Shown: in pieces, positions 38,344-47,530 of the stretch | Position numbering within the stretch: position 1 is the first letter of the stretch | Layout of the letters: every line of letters starts with the position of its first letter | From: a virus | Direction: 5' to 3' (one strand) | Virus record (IMG/VR): IMGVR_UViG_3300010389_000013 | Span: 9-64,008 of that record | Length of the DNA: 64,000 bases | The notes under the pieces: generated by a model | What the model was told of the DNA's origin: nothing | The model's database searches: none | Seen by the model: the letters and a program-made list of their open reading frames with translations, nothing else | Position numbers and translations under genes: made by a program

Positions 38344-38655
38344 TCAATCACGTTGTCGCCAATCATCAGGTTTGTCTTGTTTGAACCAGTCAACGATCTC
38401 ATCCGCACCTGAGAACCCTGTACGATGATTAGATGGGTCGGGATCTCCTAGTCCCATCTTATTCATAAAATCATCCATACTGCCCTCCTCAATCCCCTTG
38501 GACTGACGACGTGCTTTGTTTAACCATTCTCTAGCAGTTGTATGTGCCTTTGCTAGTTTTTCTGCCCAGATCATATCTGAGAGATCTACTGCTTCGTTGT
38601 TCGCGATCTTTTTACAAATGCCTTCTAAGCGAAGACGGTAGGCGGTAGAAAGCAT
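38344..38655 (-). CDS. conserved cyanophage hypothetical protein
   Basis: MLSTAYRLRLEGICKKI...WAEKLAK...LGDPDP. Confidence 0.8.
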   Translation of the reverse strand: MLSTAYRLRLEGICKKIANNEAVDLSDMIWAEKLAKAHTTAREWLNKARRQSKGIEEGSMDDFMNKMGLGDPDPSNHRTGFSGADEIVDWFKQDKPDDWRQRD

Positions 38656-38657
38656 AC

Positions 38658-38855
38658 TTATTCATCCGAAAGATAGTGCTCTAGTTGGTTGATCCTTTGA
38701 AACTCTTGGTACGCTGCCTCAGAGCGAATGTGAAGAACATCACGAATATCATCCATGATAAAAGTCGGATCTATACCATCATCTAGATATTTATCTATGG
38801 CTTCCTTAAGATATCGGTATCTATGCCACTCTTGGGAATAGGGTTTGTAGTGCAT
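38658..38855 (-). CDS. hypothetical protein
   Basis: Start reassigned to MHYKPYS, below the promoter at 38877-38905. Confidence 0.7.
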   Translation of the reverse strand: MHYKPYSQEWHRYRYLKEAIDKYLDDGIDPTFIMDDIRDVLHIRSEAAYQEFQRINQLEHYLSDE

Positions 38856-38876
38856 AATATAGTAGACATATGCAGA

Positions 38877-38915
38877 TAGTATAGTACAAAAAAAGAGGGG
38901 TGTCAAGCACCCCTC
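38877..38915 (-). terminator. intrinsic terminator overlapping a sigma70 promoter
   Basis: Stem GAGGGGTG/CACCCCTC plus U7; TTGACA starts in the loop with TATACT 17 nt downstream. Confidence 0.85.
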
Positions 38916-38938
38916 AATTTTATGTTATGGTGTCAGAA

Positions 38939-39310
38939 TCAGAAGGAATACTTCAGACCGACCTTAGTGCCGTATCCACGGTCAACGCTGGAAGAACCAG
39001 AACCGACAAACGAAACTTCACCGTAGAGACCGAGATTTTCGGTAGCAGTAACACCGATGCCTGCCTTACCAGAAGGAACGGTGTCAACGTCGCCGCCATC
39101 GGGACTCTTGACAGTAGCACCTGCTTGGACGTAGTAAGAAGCAGCATCACCGATAGGACCTTCGTAGCCAACGTGCAGGTCAGTAGCAGTGCCAGTGTAG
39201 TTAGAACCAGTGAAACCAGAGTTTGCCTCTACGTTAACGTAGGGTCCTGCAAGGGCAGCACCAGCGAAAAGGGGAGCAGCAGCTGCAGCTGCGATTACAG
39301 ATTTGATCAT
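38939..39310 (-). CDS. secreted / outer-membrane beta-barrel-like protein (DUF680-like), copy A
   Basis: Signal peptide ending ALA-GPYV, alternating beta strands, C-terminal KYSF. Confidence 0.75.
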   Translation of the reverse strand: MIKSVIAAAAAAPLFAGAALAGPYVNVEANSGFTGSNYTGTATDLHVGYEGPIGDAASYYVQAGATVKSPDGGDVDTVPSGKAGIGVTATENLGLYGEVSFVGSGSSSVDRGYGTKVGLKYSF

Positions 39311-39388
39311 TGAAATTACCTCGTTAAATTTACTTGCGGAATGGTTACCCGCAGATGATGGACTGAGTTGTCTCAGTCGCATGGATTG

Positions 39389-39418
39389 ATTATAGCACAT
39401 GATGCGGGTCGCGGTCAA
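39389..39418 (-). promoter_or_regulatory. sigma70-like promoter
   Basis: TTGACC-18-TATAAT with TG extension. Confidence 0.8.
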
Positions 39419-39552
39419 GGAGTTGGTGCGAGTAATTGAGGCACTTCTCTCATTTGCTACAGGAGTAATTTATCACGGCAAGTTGCCAAAAACAAGCCCC
39501 CTTGTGCCAGTTTTTGATACGGATAACCGATGGGTCTGATAAGGTCGGGTTA

Positions 39553-40659
39553 TCAGTTCAGGTATATCAAGGCACCTTGGATCTTCATGTCCGTTTTTGC
39601 TTTGAGGGAAACCGCACCTGCAAGTGACTCAACACTAACGTCCCCTAGAGCAGATGTGACATCAACTCCCTCACCAGCAGCAATATTGACCTTTGCCCCT
39701 GCTGCTGAAGTAAGTGCTAGTCCTGCAAACTGCGTAAGTGCTCCTGCTGTAGCAGTCTGTGTAATATTTCCAACAACTGAGGTGAAGTTCATGTTGCCCA
39801 GCAACGCATCCACAGTAAACGAATATACTCTATCAACAATTAAAGGGGTAGAGAGTACAGCACCAGCAACTTCTGTCTTAGATACACCACCAATAGTCTG
39901 CTGATAGTCACCAAGAATCTGCCAGTTGACGTGTCCTGGCGAGATGATATTTACAGATGCTCTTGGATCAAACTGAAGATCTGTCTTCTCTGCAACCGTT
40001 GTTGACTTCTGTCCAAGAACTTCCTCAACACTAGTATCACAAGTCTGTTTGATCTTACCAGCATTCAGTTGAATCTCACCGCCACCATTTGGACCTGCTT
40101 GAATAAGAACCTTAGATTTACCAATCAAAGAAAGAACATCAGCTGCTTCAATAACAACTTTAGTTGCTCTCAATCGCAACTCTCCATGACACTCAGTAAT
40201 AGCATCACCATAATAGAGATTTGAACATGCTAGTTTATCAGTTGCAGATGTCTCAGATGTATCAGATCCCTCACCCTCAGTGGGTGATTTTGTGCTAGCA
40301 GACGCCTGAGTAATAACTGGTCCCTCATACTTTGCCAGTTGCCCACCTTTTGCATTGATAATAAATCTACCACCACATGCCTTACCGTTGCCACCAGAAC
40401 CAGACAGCATCATGATATCTCCATTCTGCTGAATAGAGATACCCATGCCATTTAGTTTATTCCTGATTTCAAGATCTCCATCATCTAAGATGGCATACCT
40501 CTTGCCATTGATAAGAACTGTAATCTCACGTGTGACTTCAGTATCCTGAGTCTCATCTGGTGTTTTGGGTGGTTTTGAATCTTTATTAGCAAATTCGTTG
40601 GAACGATTGCGATTTACGCCCCTATCTGACAGAATTTTATCTTCAAATCTTTGTGCCAT
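39553..40659 (-). CDS. gp5-like C-terminal beta-helix spike protein
   Basis: Repetitive beta-helix-type sequence ending KIQGALIYLN; follows the gp5 N-terminal gene. Confidence 0.7.
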   Translation of the reverse strand: MAQRFEDKILSDRGVNRNRSNEFANKDSKPPKTPDETQDTEVTREITVLINGKRYAILDDGDLEIRNKLNGMGISIQQNGDIMMLSGSGGNGKACGGRFIINAKGGQLAKYEGPVITQASASTKSPTEGEGSDTSETSATDKLACSNLYYGDAITECHGELRLRATKVVIEAADVLSLIGKSKVLIQAGPNGGGEIQLNAGKIKQTCDTSVEEVLGQKSTTVAEKTDLQFDPRASVNIISPGHVNWQILGDYQQTIGGVSKTEVAGAVLSTPLIVDRVYSFTVDALLGNMNFTSVVGNITQTATAGALTQFAGLALTSAAGAKVNIAAGEGVDVTSALGDVSVESLAGAVSLKAKTDMKIQGALIYLN

Positions 40660-40670
40660 GATTACAACTC

Positions 40671-43538
40671 CTAGGGACAATCAATATATTTACCAGTTCC
40701 GATCTTCGCAGATCCAACTGTGACTCTTGCTTCTGGATCCAAGCAAGCAAACGATGGGATATATCTTGCACCATATCCACCACCACCTAAGATCTTCACC
40801 TCAGGATAGCGATCAAATACAATAGATCTATTCTTGACACGAACACTAATCACTTTACCATCTTGAATAACTGCCTCAGCAACATCAGGATCTCCATTGA
40901 TATAAACCGTAGGTTCTGAAGTATATTGTCTACCAGGACTTAGCATGGTAAATGAGTCAATGATACATTCTTTGCCAGCATTTTTAGGTGAGTTGAGTTT
41001 GTATCCAAATCCTGGATCAGTAACTCTAACTTCCTTAAGAAGTCCATTTTCATCCAGCAAAGGAATTGCAGATGCTCTATTACCTTCACCCGTGATGATA
41101 ATAACTGGTGGTTCAACATAAGGTGTGCCTGGATTATCAATTGGAATTTCAATAAATCCACCACCAGGATCTGTGATTGGTCTACCAAATGTTGGAGTTC
41201 TTCTTCCACCATCGGAACCAGGAATAGTTGATGAACTATCATCAGAAGCTGCCTGATCCTCATCACTAAATCCTTCAGTATCAGAAAGAATCAATACACT
41301 GGTTTGAGCACCAGTTCCGATGATTCCAAATATAATGGTTTCTGTATCCTCAATGGTGTCATCCTCTGCAATTCCAACAATAACTCTTGCCGAATTGTTT
41401 TCAATAACACAAGTTCCAGAAAGACTATTACTCACAATATCACTTGGAGTAATACCATTACCGAACAATCTATAATAGAGGGTGGTTCCTGTTGCAACAT
41501 TTGTAGTTCTGATTGTGTAGGTGATAAATTCACCTTCCTTTACAGTATTTCTATCTGCAGTAACACTATATGTTGGTGGAGCAGTGAGATCTTGATCATC
41601 ATCACCACCGTCACCACCATCGCCTGGGTCTGTGACTGCAGGAGGATCTGCTACGGGGACTGGATTGGTGGATGGTGGTGGTGGAGGACTTCCTGGGGTT
41701 ACAGGGGTTGTGGGGTCTCCTGTGGTAGGCGTAGGAGTTGTTGTGCGAGAGTCTCCAATCACACATCTAGCAACAGTCTGAGACGCTACTGCAGTGATAG
41801 TGCCAGGAGTATCTCTGGAAATTCTCATAAAGAAATCTTCATCAATCTCACTTTCACTATCAGCAAAAGTTCTTACAGAAATAGTCTTGCTGGTTTCACC
41901 AGGAGAGAATCCTAGGATTCCACTCTTCTGTTCATAATCCAAATCTTTTGTTGCAGATCCATCTCTCGTAGAGTATCTAACACTAGAAGAAACATCAAGA
42001 TATCCACTACGTGTAACCGTAAATACTGCTACATCTCCTTCTTCTACATTCAAATCAGAAATAGAATACTGGATAACCAGCGGTTCTACTGGATCTTGGA
42101 TTCCACCGATAGTGATGACTTCAGTATCTTCAAGTGTATTTCCTTCGTATGCTTCATCACAAGTATACTTAGACCAATCCTCACCTGTGGCAGGGAAGAG
42201 ATCATCAGTAATATTCTTCAATAGATCATCTAAGAAATCACCATCTCTCTCCTCTGTCTTACAATCGGTACAGATAGTAGTAGTCTTAGAACATTTTTTG
42301 CCAGGACCATCACAAGAAATGCCAAGCAAATCTAAGACATAGTTGATAGTGTCACCAATAATATTGATGGCAGATGCTACTGCACCAAGAATATCTTCAA
42401 TAGGACCAAGAACGTTTGCAAGAAGTTCTTCCATCAACGACTGAATTTTATTGATGAGACCCTCAACCAATTGATCAACAATACATGCTGCTGCTTTATA
42501 GATCTCAAACAGATATCCAAAGATAAGATCTTCCAAAAAGTTAGCAAGACGATCTCCAAGGTCTGCCATCTGACACCCAACATCATCAAGGATCTCATCA
42601 AAGAATGCAGTGACAGCACTCAATGAGTTTCCTGTTTTGTTTGGATAGATCAACAAATTAATAAGGTCTTTAACTGCGGCTTTTAACTTCTCAAGAATAA
42701 ACCCTTTTACTGCAGCAACAAAGGTTTCCATAACAAGAATACCTTTATTGACATACTTTCTGCCAATTTCAATAGCATCATATAATTCTCCAGATAGTTC
42801 ACCAACAAGATACGTTCCCAATTTACCGTCGTTTCTCTGAGTCTCATACAGCATCTCAGAGAGCAGTCTCTTAAATGTATTTGTAAGGTCAGTCTCTTTG
42901 CCACATTTGTCAGCGATCTCTACACAGAAGTTGATTCCTGCTGGATTTGTAGTTGTATTCTGTGCGTATTTTGCCTTTAGAAAATTAGTGCTACCACTAG
43001 ATATCGTTGTTCCTTCTTCTTCAACTGTTGCACCAGTATGTGCATGTCCAGCTTCAGTTACCGTAGGTTTTGCCGTGGCTTCATCGTCCTGATCAAAAGC
43101 AACCTTATTTACATCATCAACATATGTTGTAAATGATTTACATCCAGTTTGACCAGGAGTGGGATCTGTATCATCAGCATCTGTTTTTGAATTTGCAACT
43201 CTACCAATAGATCCCATGATCATTGGTTGCTGTTTATCATTATCTAAGAAGAATCCAACTACCCAGACGCCAGGTCCGAGTTGATCAGATACAGATGTTG
43301 CACCACCAGGGGTGTGTGGATTGGTCACAGGCATCATTACCATTGCCCATGGCAAATCCTGCGTGTCTACGACATCACAAGATTGAGGGTGATATCCAAC
43401 AATTCTGACTCTATACCTGCCAGACTGTTTGAAGTCACCCTTCTTATCAGATTCAATTTGACCAATCCACCAAGAGAATCCATCGGATCCAATTTGGTTT
43501 GTTGGGTAAAGACTACTCAACGCATCCATATCAATCAA
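40671..43538 (-). CDS. gp5: gp5-like baseplate hub protein (OB-fold N-terminus, Calx-beta/Ig-like modules)
   Basis: FSWWIGQIE...GRYRVRIVGYH...LPWA.V.MP...VWVVGFFLD...QQP.IMG; Calx-beta-like SVRYSTRDGSAT..LDY...GILGF.PGET. Confidence 0.85.
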   Translation of the reverse strand: MIDMDALSSLYPTNQIGSDGFSWWIGQIESDKKGDFKQSGRYRVRIVGYHPQSCDVVDTQDLPWAMVMMPVTNPHTPGGATSVSDQLGPGVWVVGFFLDNDKQQPMIMGSIGRVANSKTDADDTDPTPGQTGCKSFTTYVDDVNKVAFDQDDEATAKPTVTEAGHAHTGATVEEEGTTISSGSTNFLKAKYAQNTTTNPAGINFCVEIADKCGKETDLTNTFKRLLSEMLYETQRNDGKLGTYLVGELSGELYDAIEIGRKYVNKGILVMETFVAAVKGFILEKLKAAVKDLINLLIYPNKTGNSLSAVTAFFDEILDDVGCQMADLGDRLANFLEDLIFGYLFEIYKAAACIVDQLVEGLINKIQSLMEELLANVLGPIEDILGAVASAINIIGDTINYVLDLLGISCDGPGKKCSKTTTICTDCKTEERDGDFLDDLLKNITDDLFPATGEDWSKYTCDEAYEGNTLEDTEVITIGGIQDPVEPLVIQYSISDLNVEEGDVAVFTVTRSGYLDVSSSVRYSTRDGSATKDLDYEQKSGILGFSPGETSKTISVRTFADSESEIDEDFFMRISRDTPGTITAVASQTVARCVIGDSRTTTPTPTTGDPTTPVTPGSPPPPPSTNPVPVADPPAVTDPGDGGDGGDDDQDLTAPPTYSVTADRNTVKEGEFITYTIRTTNVATGTTLYYRLFGNGITPSDIVSNSLSGTCVIENNSARVIVGIAEDDTIEDTETIIFGIIGTGAQTSVLILSDTEGFSDEDQAASDDSSSTIPGSDGGRRTPTFGRPITDPGGGFIEIPIDNPGTPYVEPPVIIITGEGNRASAIPLLDENGLLKEVRVTDPGFGYKLNSPKNAGKECIIDSFTMLSPGRQYTSEPTVYINGDPDVAEAVIQDGKVISVRVKNRSIVFDRYPEVKILGGGGYGARYIPSFACLDPEARVTVGSAKIGTGKYIDCP

Positions 43539-43747
43539 TCATCGTAGACTTTACACTCAAGTGCAGATGGATTAGCATCACAATACAACTCAAGTGGAGT
43601 AGGATCATGATGCTCTTCTGGATGACGCTCTGCGTATGCTTTTAATTCTTCTAGTTCGCCTTCAATATGACGACGGCGTTGAGGTGAGAGTTGAGGATTA
43701 GCAAGTTCCTCTTTGTCTGCTTCAATATGCTTTTCAATACTATCCAT
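43535..43747 (-). CDS. cp12: CP12 Calvin-cycle inhibitor, phage type
   Basis: C-terminal LELYCDANPSALECKVYDD. Confidence 0.9.
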   Translation of the reverse strand: MDSIEKHIEADKEELANPQLSPQRRRHIEGELEELKAYAERHPEEHHDPTPLELYCDANPSALECKVYDD

Positions 43748-43756
43748 AAAACCTCC

Positions 43757-45157
43757 TTAGTTTACTTTACTTTCTTTGTCTTTGATACCGTAAGAATCAC
43801 GAATTAATTCTAGCACAGTATATACATTTTCACCTGGGATGTCAAACTGATGATTCAAATGTTTAATGAGATAGGTTCCACTATGTTCTGGATCCCACAC
43901 TTCTCCCTGTTCGCGTTGCTGCTCTGATTTTTGATCAGGAATTCTAACTTCAATTTTGTCACCAGCACAAAGTTCTAGGTGTCCCGTTATAGAAATTGTC
44001 AACACTTGATTGAACATTAAACCAAGTCTAGAGATACCCTGTGAAAGATAATCTTTTTGGCGGTCTAAATATTCAGACTTTTCTGTGGCAACTTCAGTTC
44101 CACTATACCAACACTCATTATTTACAAGTGTTGACATTACCCTAGATGGATATTCAGACAAAGTTGTCTGCCCAACTGGCAATTTTGTTTGACTGCCCAT
44201 ATGGACCATATCGTCCCATGCATCCTTTAAAGAATAAACAAACTCCTCATATTTTCCAGTATTTATGTCAAGGTAATGAATGATTGATGAATATGTTCCT
44301 TCTCTCAATTTCTTCATCATGTCAATTTCTTGACCATAGATAATTTCTTGAATCTTGTAAGTTGATTCATTTCCAGATGTCTTTCCAGGAGACCATGTGT
44401 AGTTACTTCCAACTGCTGGAGTTGAATCAATAGAACTCAATTCATCAATTGATTTATATACAAACCCCTTTCTGGTTTGAAAGAATAAGAATCCAGCTGT
44501 TCCTTTTGCTTTTTGAGCACCAGCACCCACATCGCTAGTTGTGGGTGATGATGATGTTGAAGCTCCTGGTTTGCTGGTCTTTTTAGATGGTGCTTTCTTT
44601 GCTACTGTTTTTGATTGCAACGATCTAATTACTGCAAATGGAGTCTTCTTTGCTGGTAGCATTTTAATTCTACCCTCAGACTCTTGTGCAAAAATTTGTC
44701 CAGGAGAAACTCCAAGTTTTTCTCTTAATAGTTTTGATGTAATTTCTGTTGGAGTTCCAGTCTGTATTGTATTGACTCTCATTCCCTCATTAATAAGACC
44801 CTCAACAGATATCAAACAAAGTGTATAAACTTGTTGTCTATCTGCACTAGAACGATTTGATACTTTCCAAACTCGGAATTCATATGAGTATTCATCTCCA
44901 TTAACATCTTCAACTTCAAAAACTACCTTTTCAAATCCTTGAATTGGCATTGAAGAAATTAGGTTTTCTTGATTATCAACAACTACAGCGGTTGCACCAA
45001 ATGCTGGGTAAAATAAATCTTCGTGGTATTGCACATGAGAACACATTGCCAGTAAGTTGGCATATGGTTTTTCATTTTCTTCTCCCGCTTTCCAAATAGA
45101 AATTTGTTTTGTTGTAAATGAAGAAGCGTAAGGTTTTGCTTTAGGATCCTGTGCCAT
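43757..45157 (-). CDS. baseplate hub protein, gp27/late-control-D-like
   Basis: FLFFQTRKGFVYKSI...ISITGHLELCAGDKI...SGTYLI..LNH; lies between the TMP-like genes and gp5. Confidence 0.65.
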   Translation of the reverse strand: MAQDPKAKPYASSFTTKQISIWKAGEENEKPYANLLAMCSHVQYHEDLFYPAFGATAVVVDNQENLISSMPIQGFEKVVFEVEDVNGDEYSYEFRVWKVSNRSSADRQQVYTLCLISVEGLINEGMRVNTIQTGTPTEITSKLLREKLGVSPGQIFAQESEGRIKMLPAKKTPFAVIRSLQSKTVAKKAPSKKTSKPGASTSSSPTTSDVGAGAQKAKGTAGFLFFQTRKGFVYKSIDELSSIDSTPAVGSNYTWSPGKTSGNESTYKIQEIIYGQEIDMMKKLREGTYSSIIHYLDINTGKYEEFVYSLKDAWDDMVHMGSQTKLPVGQTTLSEYPSRVMSTLVNNECWYSGTEVATEKSEYLDRQKDYLSQGISRLGLMFNQVLTISITGHLELCAGDKIEVRIPDQKSEQQREQGEVWDPEHSGTYLIKHLNHQFDIPGENVYTVLELIRDSYGIKDKESKVN

Positions 45158-45160
45158 ACA

Positions 45161-47527
45161 TCAATAAGGAGAGGGAAATAATGCACCGAATCCTGGGTCT
45201 CCCATATTTGAAATGTGAGACATTGGAGGGGCTTCACTACCGCTGCCTGCTGCGGTTTGATTATTTATGAAGATGGGATCAAGTTGCTGTACTTTGGCAC
45301 TCATCTTATTGAAAAAGGCATTCTTTGATCCAGACTCAACAATAGATGCATTTTGTTGCGGTCCTCTCTGAGTTGGTCCATGAACTGATTCATAGATCCG
45401 CAACCTCTGCATTTCAGACAATTTTGGATCATTATACATTGCATTTGGTCCCGTTACCTGATCATATGCAGCAGTTCCTTCAGGGAACAACATATCTGAA
45501 AGGAAAGGAACTCTAGACAATTTACCCAACAATCTACCAACAGGAGCTAATGCTCTCATAACAGCAGCACCTCTACCAAGTCCAGAAATATTAGACATAA
45601 CCTGAGTTCCTTGTCCGCTAGTTAACTGCTGTGCCAACCTCTGTCTAAGGGCACTAGTTCCTGCAGCTCCACCTGCATTAGAAATTGGTTTATTACTAAG
45701 AATTTTCTCTGCAAGAACTCTACCCTTATCAAAAGTTTTTGGTTGAACAACTCTCTGTGGTTCAATCATATCAATAAACATATTTCCCGTGGCACCACCA
45801 GGAGTGATAGATCTAATAATTCCACCTCCTGGTTTTACATACCTGTTAGCACCCCTCATAGTAGGAGCAACATATGCACCTCTCCCCAATAAAGGACGAG
45901 ATCCTCTTCCAAATAAAGTGGGTTTAGGAACTTGGAATGGTGCTCCACCAGAAATAGCATTAAATCCCTGAGCTCCCATACCAGTAAAACCAGCACGGAC
46001 ACCACCATATGACAACCCAGGACCACCTGCACCATATCTTCTTCCGCCACCTTCACCACGTCCAGTAAAGACGCCAAGAGGATCCCACCATGCTCTTTTC
46101 TTACTTGTTGTAAATCTCCTAGTTTTTTTCTGTCTTTCCTCCGTTTCTTTTTCTGCAGATTTTCCACGAATTAAAGAATTTGTAATCGTATTTGAAACTC
46201 CAAAAGCTGCAGCAAGAGGAGATGAAATCTCTTTTAATTGCTGTGCTACTCCACCAGCAAGACCGCCCATATTTGAAACTGCCTCTTGCATCACATTCAT
46301 GGTAATAATACCCGCTGCCTTAACAGGAAACTCCATTGCTTTCTGAAGATCTTCACCCATTTTGGTAAGATCAGGAATATTATTATCAACTGCCACAGAC
46401 TTTTCAAAAATCTTTGGACCCATAGATGGTAGTGGAGTATCACTAACTGCAGGAGATTTTGTTCCTGTTTCATATGCTTTTGCCATCATGGGTGGTTTTC
46501 TAATCTTCCCATCAACGGCACTTGGTTCCCCCTGAGTGTAATTATTATCCAGGGGAACAATCATTTCATCACCATGAAGTTTAGCAAGATATCCACTATC
46601 TGGACCAGATGCTATACCTCCCCTCTCAAATCCTTCAGATCCACCAGCAAAAGGAAGAGACAACTGCTCCTCTCTTTCCCTGGCAGAATCTTTGATATCT
46701 TCCAGAAGGTTTAACTGAACAATATTAGACTTTGTATCTTCTGGCTTTATGAGAGCTCTCGTATCAGATAAATCTCTTTCTATTTCTTGCTCAGATTCTC
46801 TCTCATTTATTTCAGATTTGTCTTCTTGTAATTTAGCAAGATTGTTCTGATTTCTCAATGCATCAATAATCGCATCAAGTTTAGTTTCAAGCAGATCGGA
46901 ATTTTGCTCAAGTTGTTTGACGGTTCCAAAGACACCCTCTTTTGCTTGGATTACGTCATTCTCAGCATCATCAAGTCTTTCGTTAATAGATGAAAGTGTA
47001 GCATTCAGTGATTTGATTACTTCAGCAAGATACTTACCGAGTTTCGCATCTTTTACCTTTACTGGTTTTTCACTAGTCGTTGGTTTTAATGGTGCTGTAG
47101 ATGATGATGGAACTGCAGGAGTTTGTGGTCTCACTTGAGCAGACAATGGAGCACCAACAGCGACATTCGGGAAAGGTTGTCCCGCTTTTGCAGCTTTCTG
47201 TACTGCCATTGGTAGTGGACTGCTCTGTCCACGATTAAAATAATCAGATGCTAAAGGTGATGCAAATGGTGTTGATTGTCCTCTTGAAATCAGATCCCTA
47301 GTGTTTGTTCTTGGTACAAAGCTATTTCCCAGTGTATTTCTGATGATATCATCACGTACAGACCTCCCCAAAAATTCACCACGTTTCAATTGAGGATCAA
47401 CACCATATTTTTCTGCCAATGCTTCTGCTTTAGCACGATTAGTCTTAGCGTCACTAATGATGTCAAAAATCTTCCCGACCATAAAAGACGAGAAGTCTCC
47501 ACTAAATGTAGGTGAAAAATTTGCCAT
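45161..47527 (-). CDS. virion hub / tape-measure-like protein, paralog B
   Basis: N-terminus FSGDFSSF..GK shared with the upstream gene; coiled coil; GG...GP..GY...LHGDE.IVP motif. Confidence 0.7.
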   Translation of the reverse strand: MANFSPTFSGDFSSFMVGKIFDIISDAKTNRAKAEALAEKYGVDPQLKRGEFLGRSVRDDIIRNTLGNSFVPRTNTRDLISRGQSTPFASPLASDYFNRGQSSPLPMAVQKAAKAGQPFPNVAVGAPLSAQVRPQTPAVPSSSTAPLKPTTSEKPVKVKDAKLGKYLAEVIKSLNATLSSINERLDDAENDVIQAKEGVFGTVKQLEQNSDLLETKLDAIIDALRNQNNLAKLQEDKSEINERESEQEIERDLSDTRALIKPEDTKSNIVQLNLLEDIKDSAREREEQLSLPFAGGSEGFERGGIASGPDSGYLAKLHGDEMIVPLDNNYTQGEPSAVDGKIRKPPMMAKAYETGTKSPAVSDTPLPSMGPKIFEKSVAVDNNIPDLTKMGEDLQKAMEFPVKAAGIITMNVMQEAVSNMGGLAGGVAQQLKEISSPLAAAFGVSNTITNSLIRGKSAEKETEERQKKTRRFTTSKKRAWWDPLGVFTGRGEGGGRRYGAGGPGLSYGGVRAGFTGMGAQGFNAISGGAPFQVPKPTLFGRGSRPLLGRGAYVAPTMRGANRYVKPGGGIIRSITPGGATGNMFIDMIEPQRVVQPKTFDKGRVLAEKILSNKPISNAGGAAGTSALRQRLAQQLTSGQGTQVMSNISGLGRGAAVMRALAPVGRLLGKLSRVPFLSDMLFPEGTAAYDQVTGPNAMYNDPKLSEMQRLRIYESVHGPTQRGPQQNASIVESGSKNAFFNKMSAKVQQLDPIFINNQTAAGSGSEAPPMSHISNMGDPGFGALFPSPY

Positions 47528-47530
47528 CTA

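Noticed and set aside
41304-41915. 203-aa plus-strand ORF
   Set aside because: Antisense to the Pro/Thr-rich gp5 linker; low complexity
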